Origin: a virus
Length of the DNA: 64,000 nt
IMG/VR virus record: IMGVR_UViG_3300029368_000161
Direction: 5' to 3' (one strand)
A program made the position numbers and the translations under genes. A model generated the notes under the pieces. It was not told the origin of the DNA, made no database searches, and saw nothing but the letters and a program-made list of their open reading frames with translations. Below are positions 9,506-19,247 of the stretch, piece after piece (position 1 is the stretch's first letter; every line of letters starts with the position of its first letter).

Positions 9506-9718
9506 ATGAATAAGACTTATTATATTTTTCGACACCGTGTTGGCGTACCAAGGCATCTGGATGTCTGCCTTGCGGATGAGAAGAATGGAAGTAATTTCAT
9601 TTTCCAGACGAAAGATGCCGCTCAGAGATGTCTTGAGAAAGAATTCCGTAAAGGGAGAGCGTTTCATGACCAAAAATATGGATATGTAAAGCATTACATT
9701 CGGTATTTTTACAGTTAA
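9506..9718 (+). CDS. hypothetical protein (70 aa)
   Basis: RBS GAGGAGAAAACT-ATG. Terminator at 9722-9762 (aaagagttccttttttagagggggactcttttttttg). Confidence 0.5.
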   Translation: MNKTYYIFRHRVGVPRHLDVCLADEKNGSNFIFQTKDAAQRCLEKEFRKGRAFHDQKYGYVKHYIRYFYS

Positions 9719-9764
9719 GCGTATGCGAAAGAGTTCCTTTTTTAGAGGGGGACTCTTTTTTTTG

Positions 9765-9816
9765 TTTCATATTACTGGTGTAAACTTTTTAAGACTATTC
9801 GAAAGGAGAAAATAAG
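9765..9816 (+). promoter_or_regulatory. Type-A promoter/leader module
   Basis: tttcatattactggtgtaaactttttaagactattcgaaaggagaaaataagATG. Confidence 0.55.
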
Positions 9817-10620
9817 ATGAAAGTAAAGAAATTAGCGGATGGAACAATACAGTTCCAAAAAGATGAGCGCGATTATGAGGACGTTGTTTACACCGTTTTC
9901 TTTGAAACAAATTTACTGCTTCTTGGTTTGAAGAAAGAAGATACTTCTGAAACTGTGCAGTTCTTTTACAGCATGGATACCGACAAGAAATACGGCACGG
10001 TTCATTTGCCGGAAGATCAGAAACGGTTTGATGCTGGCGAGGTATTAACTCTGTATCCGATGGATATGACGATGGATGACTATGAAGTTCTTTGCAATGA
10101 AAAACTTATGTTTGAGATGTCTGGAGGACAGGTAATGGATGCGTTCTCGATTAATGAGAAATCTTTTGTTTTGTGTCCGTACGTCGTTGTTCCACATAAG
10201 GAGAAACCTTCCTTCAAATGCCTTGTATTCGACTATGAAATGAATCCAGTGGATGGATATGTGGATGTTTGTGGAGACAATCCTTTCACAGTTATGAAAA
10301 GGGTAATGGAAAAACTTGGGTTGGATGAGGAGAGTCCTGTATCGCGCATTGAAACAACGTCTGCTTTAATGCGTGCTAGATATCGTAAATGGTTTTACAC
10401 ATACGGAAGCAGTAACCAGTTTCCTTTCCAGAGTGGCTGGACAGAGGTGCTTGCTACTGATGCAAAACGAGCAAATCAAACTTTTCGTGGTGTTCACCCA
10501 GATGTAACTCCTGGTTATTTGAATTGTGCGTACATGTACAGTCAGGATGAGTTCCCAATGAGTATGGCTTCCGCAGGAAATTATGGAAGCTGGACGCAGG
10601 AAACCCTGATTGCCAGATAG
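9817..10620 (+). CDS. hypothetical protein (267 aa)
   Basis: ORF with a type-A leader upstream and a terminator at 10622-10668 (aaaaagctgtgcatatttgcatggctttttttttg). Confidence 0.6.
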   Translation: MKVKKLADGTIQFQKDERDYEDVVYTVFFETNLLLLGLKKEDTSETVQFFYSMDTDKKYGTVHLPEDQKRFDAGEVLTLYPMDMTMDDYEVLCNEKLMFEMSGGQVMDAFSINEKSFVLCPYVVVPHKEKPSFKCLVFDYEMNPVDGYVDVCGDNPFTVMKRVMEKLGLDEESPVSRIETTSALMRARYRKWFYTYGSSNQFPFQSGWTEVLATDAKRANQTFRGVHPDVTPGYLNCAYMYSQDEFPMSMASAGNYGSWTQETLIAR

Positions 10621-10697
10621 TTGAAAAAGAAGAAAAAGCTGTGCATATTTGCATGGCTTTTTTTTTGTGTGTGGGTGTGAGAAATGGAGAAAAAGTT

Positions 10698-10752
10698 TCA
10701 TTTCATATTCCTTATGTGAACATTTTTACAAAGTTGAAAGGAGAAAGAATCT
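10698..10752 (+). promoter_or_regulatory. Type-A promoter/leader module
   Basis: tttcatttcatattccttatgtgaacatttttacaaagttgaaaggagaaagaatctATG. Confidence 0.5.
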
Positions 10753-11613
10753 ATGAAAACAACAATTAAACTGTGGTATGAGGAAAAATATCTGCCAAAT
10801 AAAAGATGCCGTAAATTAAGAGAGCGTGCTGTCAGCAAAGATGTTGATATTGAGGTTTGCGAGGTTACCAAGGAAGAATTTCCGGTTGCGTTTGTCATAC
10901 ATGACTATGAGAGTGTGTATGAAGGTGCAAAGTCATATAGTGATTTTGAAGGAAACGGAGATTACAGGATGTTTTCAGAAGAGATCAGGACATATAATGG
11001 GAAACTGTACAAGCCTCTCCGTGTTACGTACGGCACAGCAATTAGTACAAACTTTGAGACATTGGATACTTTAAAATATAAGCTGCAGGAACAGGCTCCA
11101 TACTGGAAAGGCGGAGAGGATTATTCAGAAGAATCCATCATTAAGGAAAGCAATTTTAATGAGAAAATGAATTCCGCGAATAAAAGGGCCGAGGTTTATA
11201 TTGTATGTGACGGTGTCATCTGGGAAACTTGTGGAGAACCGATGTATGTTATAAATACATTTGGTCTTGGACACAACCATGGTGGGACAGGATTTTTTAT
11301 TGAATATTTTTATAATGACAATATTTCAGCCCAAAACTACTTCAACGCCTTGCAGCGCGAGGAAGCGATTACCTATGGCAAAAACGTAGCTCTTGGACGT
11401 GGGGATGACAAAAGCGTGGATGGCATGGGAGACCACGACATCATTGAGGTCAAGATGCCGGAAATGGTTAAGAGATGCCCACAGAAAGATCATGGGGATG
11501 GAGATCCATTTTTAAACGAGCTTGAAGGTATCATTTCCCATAGCGACAGCATTGGCGAAGCGGGGCTTCTTACAGTTCTTACGACAATGGCAGAGTGCAA
11601 CGCAGAAAAATAA
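10753..11613 (+). CDS. hypothetical protein (286 aa)
   Basis: ORF with a type-A leader. No recognisable catalytic motif. Confidence 0.6.
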   Translation: MKTTIKLWYEEKYLPNKRCRKLRERAVSKDVDIEVCEVTKEEFPVAFVIHDYESVYEGAKSYSDFEGNGDYRMFSEEIRTYNGKLYKPLRVTYGTAISTNFETLDTLKYKLQEQAPYWKGGEDYSEESIIKESNFNEKMNSANKRAEVYIVCDGVIWETCGEPMYVINTFGLGHNHGGTGFFIEYFYNDNISAQNYFNALQREEAITYGKNVALGRGDDKSVDGMGDHDIIEVKMPEMVKRCPQKDHGDGDPFLNELEGIISHSDSIGEAGLLTVLTTMAECNAEK

Positions 11614-11729
11614 GATTAAAAGGGTTCGTCTGATGACGGGCTCTTCTTTTATGGCAACCTTCGTGGCAATTTTTCCTATATTTTCTCTTTTCCCAAGATT
11701 TTCTCAAAAACTTTGAAAAAAATTTAAAA

Positions 11730-11780
11730 AATTTCCGAAATCCTTTGACGATTTTTCAAATGGCGCAATATGTGTATGGA
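11730..11780 (+). promoter_or_regulatory. Type-B promoter (TTGACG -35 and conserved AAATGGCGCAATATGTGTAT spacer/-10 block)
   Basis: ctttgacgatttttcaaatggcgcaatatgtgtatgg. Same block as copies at 13155, 19940, 22552, 28975, 33105, 37230, 38130, 41330, 41593. Confidence 0.55.
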
Positions 11781-11999
11781 AAAGGCATAAAAGGATTCAT
11801 GGTCCTGCCTTTTCCTGTGGAGATTCGTCTCTCCACAGACCTCCGAATTTTAAATGTATATCTATGACTGCACTGTCCTCCTGTTACGGGGCAGTACAGG
11901 AGGGGTCCACAGAGCTTTGCCAGCACTGGACACAAAGTGGCTGTTCATCCGGTTCGAGTCCGGAGGATTCCTTTCGTATAAGAAGAAAGGGGGAAAAGA
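11781..11999 (+). promoter_or_regulatory. L2 structured 5' leader (paralog of 41371-41580), ending in a T-arm-like hairpin tccggttcgagtccgga
   Basis: Shared about 80-nt block caggaggggtccacag...cacaaagtggctgttcatccggttcgagtccggaggattcc with 41455-41545. An internal hairpin ctgtggagattcgtctctccacag is present. Confidence 0.4.
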
Positions 12000-12224
12000 A
12001 TGAGCAAAGAAGCATTAACTTTGGAAGAATTAAAAAACATGCAAGGACAGCCCGTGTGGTGCCCGGACCTCAACTCTTACGGCATCATCAAGTGTGACAC
12101 GTCCGGGAAATGGAAGGGAATTCCCTATATCCACGGTTCCCAGTATTTCCCGGAATTTGGAACCTCGACGGATTTTGAATACAACATCTTAGAGCGCGGA
12201 CTTGTCTGCCAGCATATTCTCTGA
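12000..12224 (+). CDS. hypothetical protein (74 aa)
   Basis: RBS AGGGGGAAAAGA-ATG. Confidence 0.5.
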   Translation: MSKEALTLEELKNMQGQPVWCPDLNSYGIIKCDTSGKWKGIPYIHGSQYFPEFGTSTDFEYNILERGLVCQHIL

Positions 12225-12346
12225 ACCGTGGAAAAGCTGGAAACCCGCAGAAAGGAAGAAGCGGTATGAGAAATGTGTGGCCAGTCCATGCTTTTGTTTT
12301 TACAGCATAATTGTAAATTGTTTGTGATTTAAGGAGGAAAAAGAAG

Positions 12347-13084
12347 ATGTTAAACAAGTATCTTGATTTGTTGCAGCATGCGACGGAGGCGATGACGAGT
12401 GTCGGAAAGACCGGGGCTGGAGCAGCTGAATATTTTCAGGCAGTTGGATATGAGTTTCTTGTTATTGGGCTTGGATTTTTGTATCTTGTAGGAATTGTTC
12501 TGTTGGTTGCAGGACCTGTACTGGTATTTTACCATGGTGTCTTCAAAGCCGGGTTTGCTTCAAAGAAATTAAAGGAAATGTATATGATTGCGGAAGAGTA
12601 TGTCAATGCAAGTAATCAATGTAACGAATTACAGTATGATTTCGCTAACGATGGGAAGAAATGCCGTGTTGAAAATTTTGAGAAGCTGTGTGAATGTATC
12701 GGACAGTATTACAAAGCTTTCAGTAAGGATGTTGGATACGGAATGGTTCCAGGTGATACAATGGAAGAAAAGAAATGTTTTCTGAGAGAAACAAAACATC
12801 CTCACGATTTTTCATGCGGTCTTCCACGCTTGTTTGGTATATATGGGTGGTCATTTGAGAGTAGTGAATATTCAAGAATTACTAAATGGAATTTATTCGC
12901 TGATATTGCCGCACCTGGAGAGGAATCGTCAATATTTACGGGCCAGGTTAAGAAGCTGTACCCATCATCAGGCGCATTCCTTCATGACGTTAAAATTTTC
13001 AAGGCAAAATGTATATCGATCATGGCTGCGACGGTGGTCCTATATGCAATCTTTGTGCTTCCACTGTGCCTTATGTTCTTCTAG
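12347..13084 (+). CDS. hypothetical membrane protein (245 aa)
   Basis: RBS AAGGAGGAAAAAGAAG-ATG. Hydrophobic segments near the N-terminus (FLVIGLGFLYLVGIVLLVAGPVLVF) and C-terminus (IMAATVVLYAIFVLPLCLMFF). Terminator at 13100-13140. Confidence 0.6.
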   Translation: MLNKYLDLLQHATEAMTSVGKTGAGAAEYFQAVGYEFLVIGLGFLYLVGIVLLVAGPVLVFYHGVFKAGFASKKLKEMYMIAEEYVNASNQCNELQYDFANDGKKCRVENFEKLCECIGQYYKAFSKDVGYGMVPGDTMEEKKCFLRETKHPHDFSCGLPRLFGIYGWSFESSEYSRITKWNLFADIAAPGEESSIFTGQVKKLYPSSGAFLHDVKIFKAKCISIMAATVVLYAIFVLPLCLMFF

Positions 13085-13154
13085 GCTATCCAAATTTCGC
13101 ATGAGAGAGGGGGAAATTTTTTCCCTCTCTTTTTTTTATAAATTTCTCCCGAAT

Positions 13155-13195
13155 TCCTTTGACGATTCCCCAAATGGCGCAATATTTGTATTAGA
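13155..13195 (+). promoter_or_regulatory. Type-B promoter
   Basis: cctttgacgattccccaaatggcgcaatatttgtat. Confidence 0.5.
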
Positions 13196-13233
13196 AAAAC
13201 ATAAATAAGCATTCGTTCGAAAGGAAAATTCGT
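13196..13233 (+). promoter_or_regulatory. Type-C short leader (aaacataaataagcattcgttcgaaaggaaaattcgt-ATG), paralog of 53030-53070
   Basis: The two copies (13196-13236 and 53030-53070) share aaacataaaYaagcattcgttcRaaagRaaRattcgtatgtg. Confidence 0.4.
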
Positions 13234-13479
13234 ATGTGTAAAAAGAGGGTGAGAGGGAAAGGGAGGAAAACAAAGAAACAGCGGGAAAATCTTTACCGGT
13301 GTGGAAACGGAGAGAAAGTCCTGTTTTCGTATTCCAAGAAGCGTAAGATGGACAGAAAATCTCATGTTTCAAGCATTGCATGTGCAAGGAAAGCGGGAAA
13401 AAATTACTGGGATATGTGGGGCAGGGGTTACCCGAACCGTTCAAGAATCAGAGCGTATTTTACGTATCTGCGAATATAG
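13234..13479 (+). CDS. hypothetical small basic protein (81 aa, Lys/Arg-rich)
   Basis: Translation MCKKRVRGKGRKTKKQRENLYRCGNGEK.... A terminator follows at 13506-13535 (ccacaggaaaacctgtggttttt). Confidence 0.5.
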   Translation: MCKKRVRGKGRKTKKQRENLYRCGNGEKVLFSYSKKRKMDRKSHVSSIACARKAGKNYWDMWGRGYPNRSRIRAYFTYLRI

Positions 13480-13618
13480 CATTTTAAGGAAAACTCACTA
13501 ATTCCCACAGGAAAACCTGTGGTTTTTCGCCACAATTTTATAACTCAAAACAAAAAATTTGTGAATGATTGGATTATCTGGATATTTTTTGCTAAAGGAT
13601 CATTTGGAGGTATTGTAT

Positions 13619-14083
13619 ATGAGAATTCCATTACCGTGTAAGTTTGGAGAAACATTTGGGTATAAGGGGAAAAGCCTGAAATTATTGAGTGTATCATGGT
13701 TTAAATGGTCGTATAAGGGTTTGGAATTTACGTATACCACGGATAAGGAATTTGTCACTAGCACCGATATGAATCAGCCGGAGTATATGGAAATTCCAGA
13801 TGAAATGATTAAATCGTGTCAAATTAAAGGTCTTGGCTATCCTTTGAAGGGGATTGGCTATGTAGCAGGAATTCAATTTCGGGAAGGTCGTTTGTTCGCC
13901 GATATCATCGTTGAGAGTAGATATTTAATACATATTCTTTGCGAGTGTGATGGAGATGGGAAATATAAGAAGAATGGTGAAATTCAATTTCCACCGGTTC
14001 CAAGTTTTGAAACGGATGAGAAACGAAAGGCAGCGGTCTTAAAGCAGTTTTATAATGTACCTTTTGGAACTATCAAATTGTAA
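13619..14083 (+). CDS. hypothetical protein (about 154 aa)
   Basis: GGAGGTATTGTAT-ATG start (the track ORF starts at 13565). Confidence 0.5.
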   Translation: MRIPLPCKFGETFGYKGKSLKLLSVSWFKWSYKGLEFTYTTDKEFVTSTDMNQPEYMEIPDEMIKSCQIKGLGYPLKGIGYVAGIQFREGRLFADIIVESRYLIHILCECDGDGKYKKNGEIQFPPVPSFETDEKRKAAVLKQFYNVPFGTIKL

Positions 14084-14109
14084 GGTATGCATGAGAAAGA
14101 GGGAATGTA

Positions 14110-14439
14110 ATGAGATTAATTAACAAAAACAAAGGAACTCCGTTTGCAGATGTAGGTGCATACGTTTGCGAGCTTACCGACGAATTGGATGCTCTTGCGA
14201 AGACTGTGTCAGACGCAAGTGTCAACCGGCACTATATTTTGGCGGATGAATTCTGTAAAAGGAATAAATGCCTTGCAATCCGTATACCAGGCTGCACTTT
14301 GGGCGGAATACATTACAACCACGACAATATTGTTACAGGGATCGAAATTAATACAGACTGCATGAACAAGATATATTTATTGAACGCAAAAGAACTGGTT
14401 AATAAATACATCGGAGATAAAATTGAGTTTGCAAAATAA
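14110..14439 (+). CDS. hypothetical protein (109 aa)
   Basis: RBS GAGGGAATGTA-ATG. Confidence 0.45.
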   Translation: MRLINKNKGTPFADVGAYVCELTDELDALAKTVSDASVNRHYILADEFCKRNKCLAIRIPGCTLGGIHYNHDNIVTGIEINTDCMNKIYLLNAKELVNKYIGDKIEFAK

Positions 14440-14989
14440 GTTTCTCTGGTAAGTTTCGGAGGAAGAAAAAAGGAGAATCATGGAAATGGAAGTATGGCCA
14501 GTTCTAACTGATAAAAGCCGAGCAATTACTTTCTGCCTGCTGGCATTTCTATATCAAACAGGTATTTCATATTAAAGTTAAAGAAAGGGATCATCTTTAA
14601 AATTTTCCCTTTAAAATATACAAAGGACTGGTACAACATATGAGAACAGAAACAACTAGCATTTCGGCAAGAAGAAAGAAAAAGACGAATACAGAACTTA
14701 ATAAGGTTAATCATGAGGCGCGTGCGCGGGGCATGTCGTATGGACAGTATTCATCCAAGGCGTATGCCCCGGTGGTTGAAAAAAGAGGAAGAATTGTGTA
14801 AGGATGTACTTTGATTGATCAAAGTTAGTTAACACAAAAATAGCAAGCAGTTTCTCGTTTCCAGAAATTCTGGGAAAGAAACTGCTTTTTGTATACATTG
14901 AATGCCTTGGCTGCATCAGAGGTATTCGTCGATGTCGTCGTAGTCCTGTATATCTTTAATATGCAACAAGAAAAGTTTGCGGCGCTTTT

Positions 14990-15046
14990 TTCATCTCATA
15001 TTCCTGATGTAAACAAATTTTGAAAATCGAAAGGAGATAATTTATT
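14990..15046 (+). promoter_or_regulatory. Type-A promoter/leader module
   Basis: ttttttcatctcatattcctgatgtaaacaaattttgaaaatcgaaaggagataatttattATG. A large terminator hairpin lies upstream at 14842-14890. Confidence 0.55.
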
Positions 15047-16963
15047 ATGGAAGGACAGATGAGTTTATTCAATACACCGGAGGTATCCGGAACATCGGCA
15101 CTTAAGGTTTCCAGAGATTTTGGAGAACATATCGGAGGCGCGAGAAAGGAACTCTGGTCAGCTGGAGGCATCAATCTTGAGGATCTTTTAGATATGAATG
15201 ATGCTGAGAAAGCAAAATTCGTAAAGAAAGACAATATCTGGAAGAAACCGGGTTACGAGCAGATGGTTGAAGCTGGCGTTCCGAAGGTAGTCGCTTACGC
15301 GATCAAAGAGGTGCGCAATGCAATTCCAGCAAAGCCATATGTTTCGTATTTCGAGCAGGACGATCCAGAGAAGGTGAAATACCGGATGGAGTGTTACGTC
15401 AAATTCGTGACCATGATCAGGGATACCATGTCGGGTGTTTCTTCTGAAGAAGAGTTTATGGAGAAACAGCAGGTTGTTTACAATCAGATTGTTGATCCGG
15501 AGCGCAGTACGCGTTACAGTATCTCTTCCAAACCGGAGTATACCGGATTGTTCCAGACGAAGCTTTTGCGTGCGATCCGCTGTGGTCATCAGACTTTCTC
15601 TGGCTACGCATACTGTGCAGAAGAAGAACAGTTTGCTGTGAAGAAAGAAGATAAGATACCTGCCGGATGGAAGATTGAAAAATATTCCCCGGATGGTTTT
15701 TACAGCCGTAGCCGTGTCGGATGCATCAGGGATACTTACATTGTTTCCAAAGGGTATTCTGTCATTGAGAAGAATATCCCAACGTACGAGGAAGCACTTT
15801 GTAAGTGCCAGGAATACGCAAAGCAGCTGAGAGCCAAGAAGCCACGCAAGGCTTCCGCTACTCCAAAGCAGCTGAAACGGGTTGAGCGTACCGGCCTTCC
15901 TGATGTCCGGAACGGACGGGATATCGTAGGAGAGGATTTCCTTAAGGATTTTGGTATCCGCGGTGGAGAGTTCGGCAACTGGATGTCCGAAAAGGACGCA
16001 CAGGCAAGTCTTAACATGGCGTACGAAGCATTCTGCGATTTTGCAGATGTCCTTGGCATCCCGTTATCTTCCGTGTCTTTCGGAGGCCGTCTTGCAATCG
16101 CTTTTGGTGCAAGAGGGCAGGGTTCCGCCGTCGCTCATTACGATCCGCTTCGTGAGGTAATCAATATTACGAAGATGAAAGGAGCCGGATCGCTTGGTCA
16201 TGAGATGTTCCATGCACTTGATGACATCGTAGCAAAGAAATTGGGATTAAAGAAAATGATGACAGAATCATTTGAGAAAGAAAAAATCCCGGAGAGCGTG
16301 CGAAATGTGATTTCTGCCATGCAGTACCGCAAGGCGACAAAAGAAGAGATCGAAGCTGAGAAGACAAAGAAGATCGAGGGCACAGAAAAACGTCTTCAGA
16401 AATGTATTGATTCTGTTTTCCCGGCAGACGGTCTTACAGATGCGCAGGTCAAAAAGAGAGCGGAACTTGTAAGGAATATCTTCGCAGACAAAGAGGAGCA
16501 CCTTATATCCATTGATGGAACGGCAACAGCTGCAATCGAGGCACTTTCTTCCTGCAAAAAAGAAGTGACCGGGCGTGTGATCAATAAGGAATCCAGAAAA
16601 GATCTGTTCTGGACCTGGTACAGATACGAAAGGGCTGTGACTGCTTCCTATAATGACATGCAGATGTTATCGGAATACTACAAGGAATCCAAAAAGATGG
16701 ATGACTGCACTTCCAAAGACAAGTTTGGATACTGGTCATCCACCGTTGAGATGTTTGCCCGCGCTGGTGCATGCTACCTGACCGATATGCTGAAAGCCAA
16801 GGGCGCCAAGAGCGATTACTTATCCGGGCATTCAGAAAGCTGTGTAGGCGTGGATAAGAACCTTGATCCTGTTTTTGCAATGCCGCGTGGTTCAGAAAGA
16901 GAAGCAATCAATGTGGCAATTCACGACATGATTGAAGATCTCAAGGCAAAAGAACTTATTTAA
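15047..16963 (+). CDS. large hypothetical protein with HExxH zincin-like motif (GHEMFHALDD); possible ArdC/anti-restriction-like metallopeptidase-domain protein
   Basis: 638 aa. The HEMFH motif is embedded in AFGARGQGSAVAHYDPLREVINITKMKGAGSLGHEMFHALDD. The family assignment is tentative. Confidence 0.55.
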   Translation: MEGQMSLFNTPEVSGTSALKVSRDFGEHIGGARKELWSAGGINLEDLLDMNDAEKAKFVKKDNIWKKPGYEQMVEAGVPKVVAYAIKEVRNAIPAKPYVSYFEQDDPEKVKYRMECYVKFVTMIRDTMSGVSSEEEFMEKQQVVYNQIVDPERSTRYSISSKPEYTGLFQTKLLRAIRCGHQTFSGYAYCAEEEQFAVKKEDKIPAGWKIEKYSPDGFYSRSRVGCIRDTYIVSKGYSVIEKNIPTYEEALCKCQEYAKQLRAKKPRKASATPKQLKRVERTGLPDVRNGRDIVGEDFLKDFGIRGGEFGNWMSEKDAQASLNMAYEAFCDFADVLGIPLSSVSFGGRLAIAFGARGQGSAVAHYDPLREVINITKMKGAGSLGHEMFHALDDIVAKKLGLKKMMTESFEKEKIPESVRNVISAMQYRKATKEEIEAEKTKKIEGTEKRLQKCIDSVFPADGLTDAQVKKRAELVRNIFADKEEHLISIDGTATAAIEALSSCKKEVTGRVINKESRKDLFWTWYRYERAVTASYNDMQMLSEYYKESKKMDDCTSKDKFGYWSSTVEMFARAGACYLTDMLKAKGAKSDYLSGHSESCVGVDKNLDPVFAMPRGSEREAINVAIHDMIEDLKAKELI

Positions 16964-17004
16964 CAACAACGAAGAAGGGCTTGCAGCGATGCAGGCCTTT
17001 TTTT

Positions 17005-17057
17005 GTTTCATATTAAAGAATGTAAACAATTTGATCATCGAAAGGAGAAAAAATACT
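17005..17057 (+). promoter_or_regulatory. Type-A promoter/leader module
   Basis: tttcatattaaagaatgtaaacaatttgatcatcgaaaggagaaaaaatactATG, after the terminator aagggcttgcagcgatgcaggccttttttt. Confidence 0.55.
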
Positions 17058-17942
17058 ATGAAAAAATCAAACGAAGAAAAAACTTATGCAACTCTTAAAC
17101 TTGGTAAGACTTATAAGTTTGCCGGATACAATTGGATGGCCTGTGAAGTGGATAATGACCGTCATGTTGTTGTAATCCAGTCGCATGGGGTAACCCATGG
17201 TGCATGGCCGGGATATACAATGCCACAGTTTGGAAACGGCAATTACTATTCCAATTCCATTGATGGAAAGGACATCAGCGACTACGATGACAAGATGCGG
17301 GCACTTTACGATGACATCAAAGATGCAGAGGATAAAGCTGCTCCTTATGGGGAAGGACTGTATTTGATATCAGTGGAAAAAGCCGAGTTTAAGGAATGGG
17401 ATAACACAGGTTCCGGAAATTACTGGCAGGCATTGAAGGCAACGGCAGAAAACGCCCATTCGTTCCGGGATGCCAATTACTTTGCGTGGCTCGGTGCTGA
17501 CAATGGCAGCAAAGGCGCGTGGTGTGTTGACTCGGATGGCTGCTTCTACAACTACTTCAATAAACGCAACGACTTTGTTATTGCCCCATGCTTCAACTTA
17601 GATTTATCGAAGGTTAAAGTTGTAGATAACGAAATCGTCATTATAGACAATAAATTTGGTATATCCTTAATTGAGAAACCAGATGTTTATGGCCTGGTAA
17701 AATCAGAAATCATTAAAATGTATGACATGCTGGACACGGATGAAGTATACCCGTTAGAAATCAGCGGTTCCCAGAGTTCTGCAATGGGCTTTATTACCCA
17801 AAAGGCAGCGGAAGTCATTGATTATGACTACGAGAATTCGGGGCTGAATGAATTTATATCATCTATTCTGGATGATATGGATAAGGAATCAGAAGACAGT
17901 ATCTATGATTTCCATGGTGTTAAAATTCATCTTGAACGTTGA
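17058..17942 (+). CDS. hypothetical protein; paralog family 1 (QSHGVTHGxWPG...FGNGNYY...SGNYWQALK...APxFNLDLSK)
   Basis: The N-terminal ~190 aa are paralogous to the 60632 and 61216 gene products. Confidence 0.6.
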   Translation: MKKSNEEKTYATLKLGKTYKFAGYNWMACEVDNDRHVVVIQSHGVTHGAWPGYTMPQFGNGNYYSNSIDGKDISDYDDKMRALYDDIKDAEDKAAPYGEGLYLISVEKAEFKEWDNTGSGNYWQALKATAENAHSFRDANYFAWLGADNGSKGAWCVDSDGCFYNYFNKRNDFVIAPCFNLDLSKVKVVDNEIVIIDNKFGISLIEKPDVYGLVKSEIIKMYDMLDTDEVYPLEISGSQSSAMGFITQKAAEVIDYDYENSGLNEFISSILDDMDKESEDSIYDFHGVKIHLER

Positions 17943-18046
17943 TCAGTCATACATAACCCGATGCACCGGGAACTAAAAATTGAGGTTCCCGTGTAAAGGG
18001 GGAACCTCTTTGTTTAACAGCATTGTGCTGAGAAAGAGAGGAAATT

Positions 18047-18892
18047 ATGAGCTATTACAAAGTAAGAAGTGTTGCATTTAAGCGGTCTATTGGAGAAATC
18101 TATGTTACCTGTGCCGATTCGTCTCTGCGCCCACTCAAGTATTACAGGAGCGAATACGCAGAGAATATTGAGGATTTCGCAGAAAAATGCAAGCTGTTCT
18201 GGGTGGATGTCCTGTCTGGAAATTTCCAGTTTACGGAGAGTAATCAATGGCATTTTTATGTTAAGAATGCTTATGCAGAAATGCACCTGATTGCACACAA
18301 CATCGACATTTTCAGCAAGGATTTGGATTACAGAACTAATTTTTATAATGAATTGCAAGAGTATGTTGCAAAAACTTACCTTGTACCTCTTGTAACAAAG
18401 GAAGCAAAACGTATCGATATTGATTTCGAAGCAGATTTTGCCGAGAGATGTCAGAAAAGATGGGATGAGATTGATAAGGAACGTGCCGAAAAGAAGCAGA
18501 TCAGCATCCGTGCAGCTTTGATATCAGATGTATTTCCTGGATGGGATACGCTTTTGAGTAAAAAAGAGAATCGTATCATTGTTGCAAAGAGTCAGAATTA
18601 CGATAATCATGGTTTGCTGGATAATTCAGATAAAACAGCTGTTCTACTACCAGAAGGCAGTGGAAATGATTGGCGCTGGATTGCGTACGCAAATATGGAA
18701 GATCTTCCGGAGATTCTGGAAAAATATCCGCAACTTGTAAGTGCTATCACTGTCGAAGCATCATATCAGTCCGGAGAGCGTGCTGTAATGGATGGCTATA
18801 CAAAAATCTGCCAGAAACCAGATGGGAAGGCTCTGTATGTAGAAAATAGTAATGGAAAAGTATCCTGGGCAGAGGAAACTGGATATTGCTAG
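18047..18892 (+). CDS. hypothetical protein (281 aa)
   Basis: RBS GAGAGGAAATT-ATG. Confidence 0.55.
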   Translation: MSYYKVRSVAFKRSIGEIYVTCADSSLRPLKYYRSEYAENIEDFAEKCKLFWVDVLSGNFQFTESNQWHFYVKNAYAEMHLIAHNIDIFSKDLDYRTNFYNELQEYVAKTYLVPLVTKEAKRIDIDFEADFAERCQKRWDEIDKERAEKKQISIRAALISDVFPGWDTLLSKKENRIIVAKSQNYDNHGLLDNSDKTAVLLPEGSGNDWRWIAYANMEDLPEILEKYPQLVSAITVEASYQSGERAVMDGYTKICQKPDGKALYVENSNGKVSWAEETGYC

Positions 18893-18906
18893 GAGGTGTA
18901 AGAATC

Positions 18907-19203
18907 ATGCAACAAATTACATCATATAACCAGCTGTTCACTAATATTTCAGAGCATCCAGAATATCCATACATAATCATTGATTTTCTTGTTGTAAATG
19001 ATGAGAAAGTAGATCTTTGGTGTTCGCAGCGTACTTCATCATTATTGAAGATTGGAGAACCAAAGCATCGGCTATTGAGAGGAAAAGTAGCTTATGATAC
19101 CCCGGAAATGAAAAGAATAGGCAGAGAGATAAAGAGAAAACTGCAGAAAGATTTGCGTGGTACTGGTTTTGAAGTGCATAGCAATCTGCGTTTTAGGTTC
19201 TGA
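18907..19203 (+). CDS. hypothetical protein (about 98 aa)
   Basis: AGGAGGTGTAAGAATC-ATG start. Terminator at 19219-19250. Confidence 0.5.
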   Translation: MQQITSYNQLFTNISEHPEYPYIIIDFLVVNDEKVDLWCSQRTSSLLKIGEPKHRLLRGKVAYDTPEMKRIGREIKRKLQKDLRGTGFEVHSNLRFRF

Positions 19204-19247
19204 CATTTACAGATGGAATTAAGAAGAGTCTTCTGGCTCTTCTTTTT

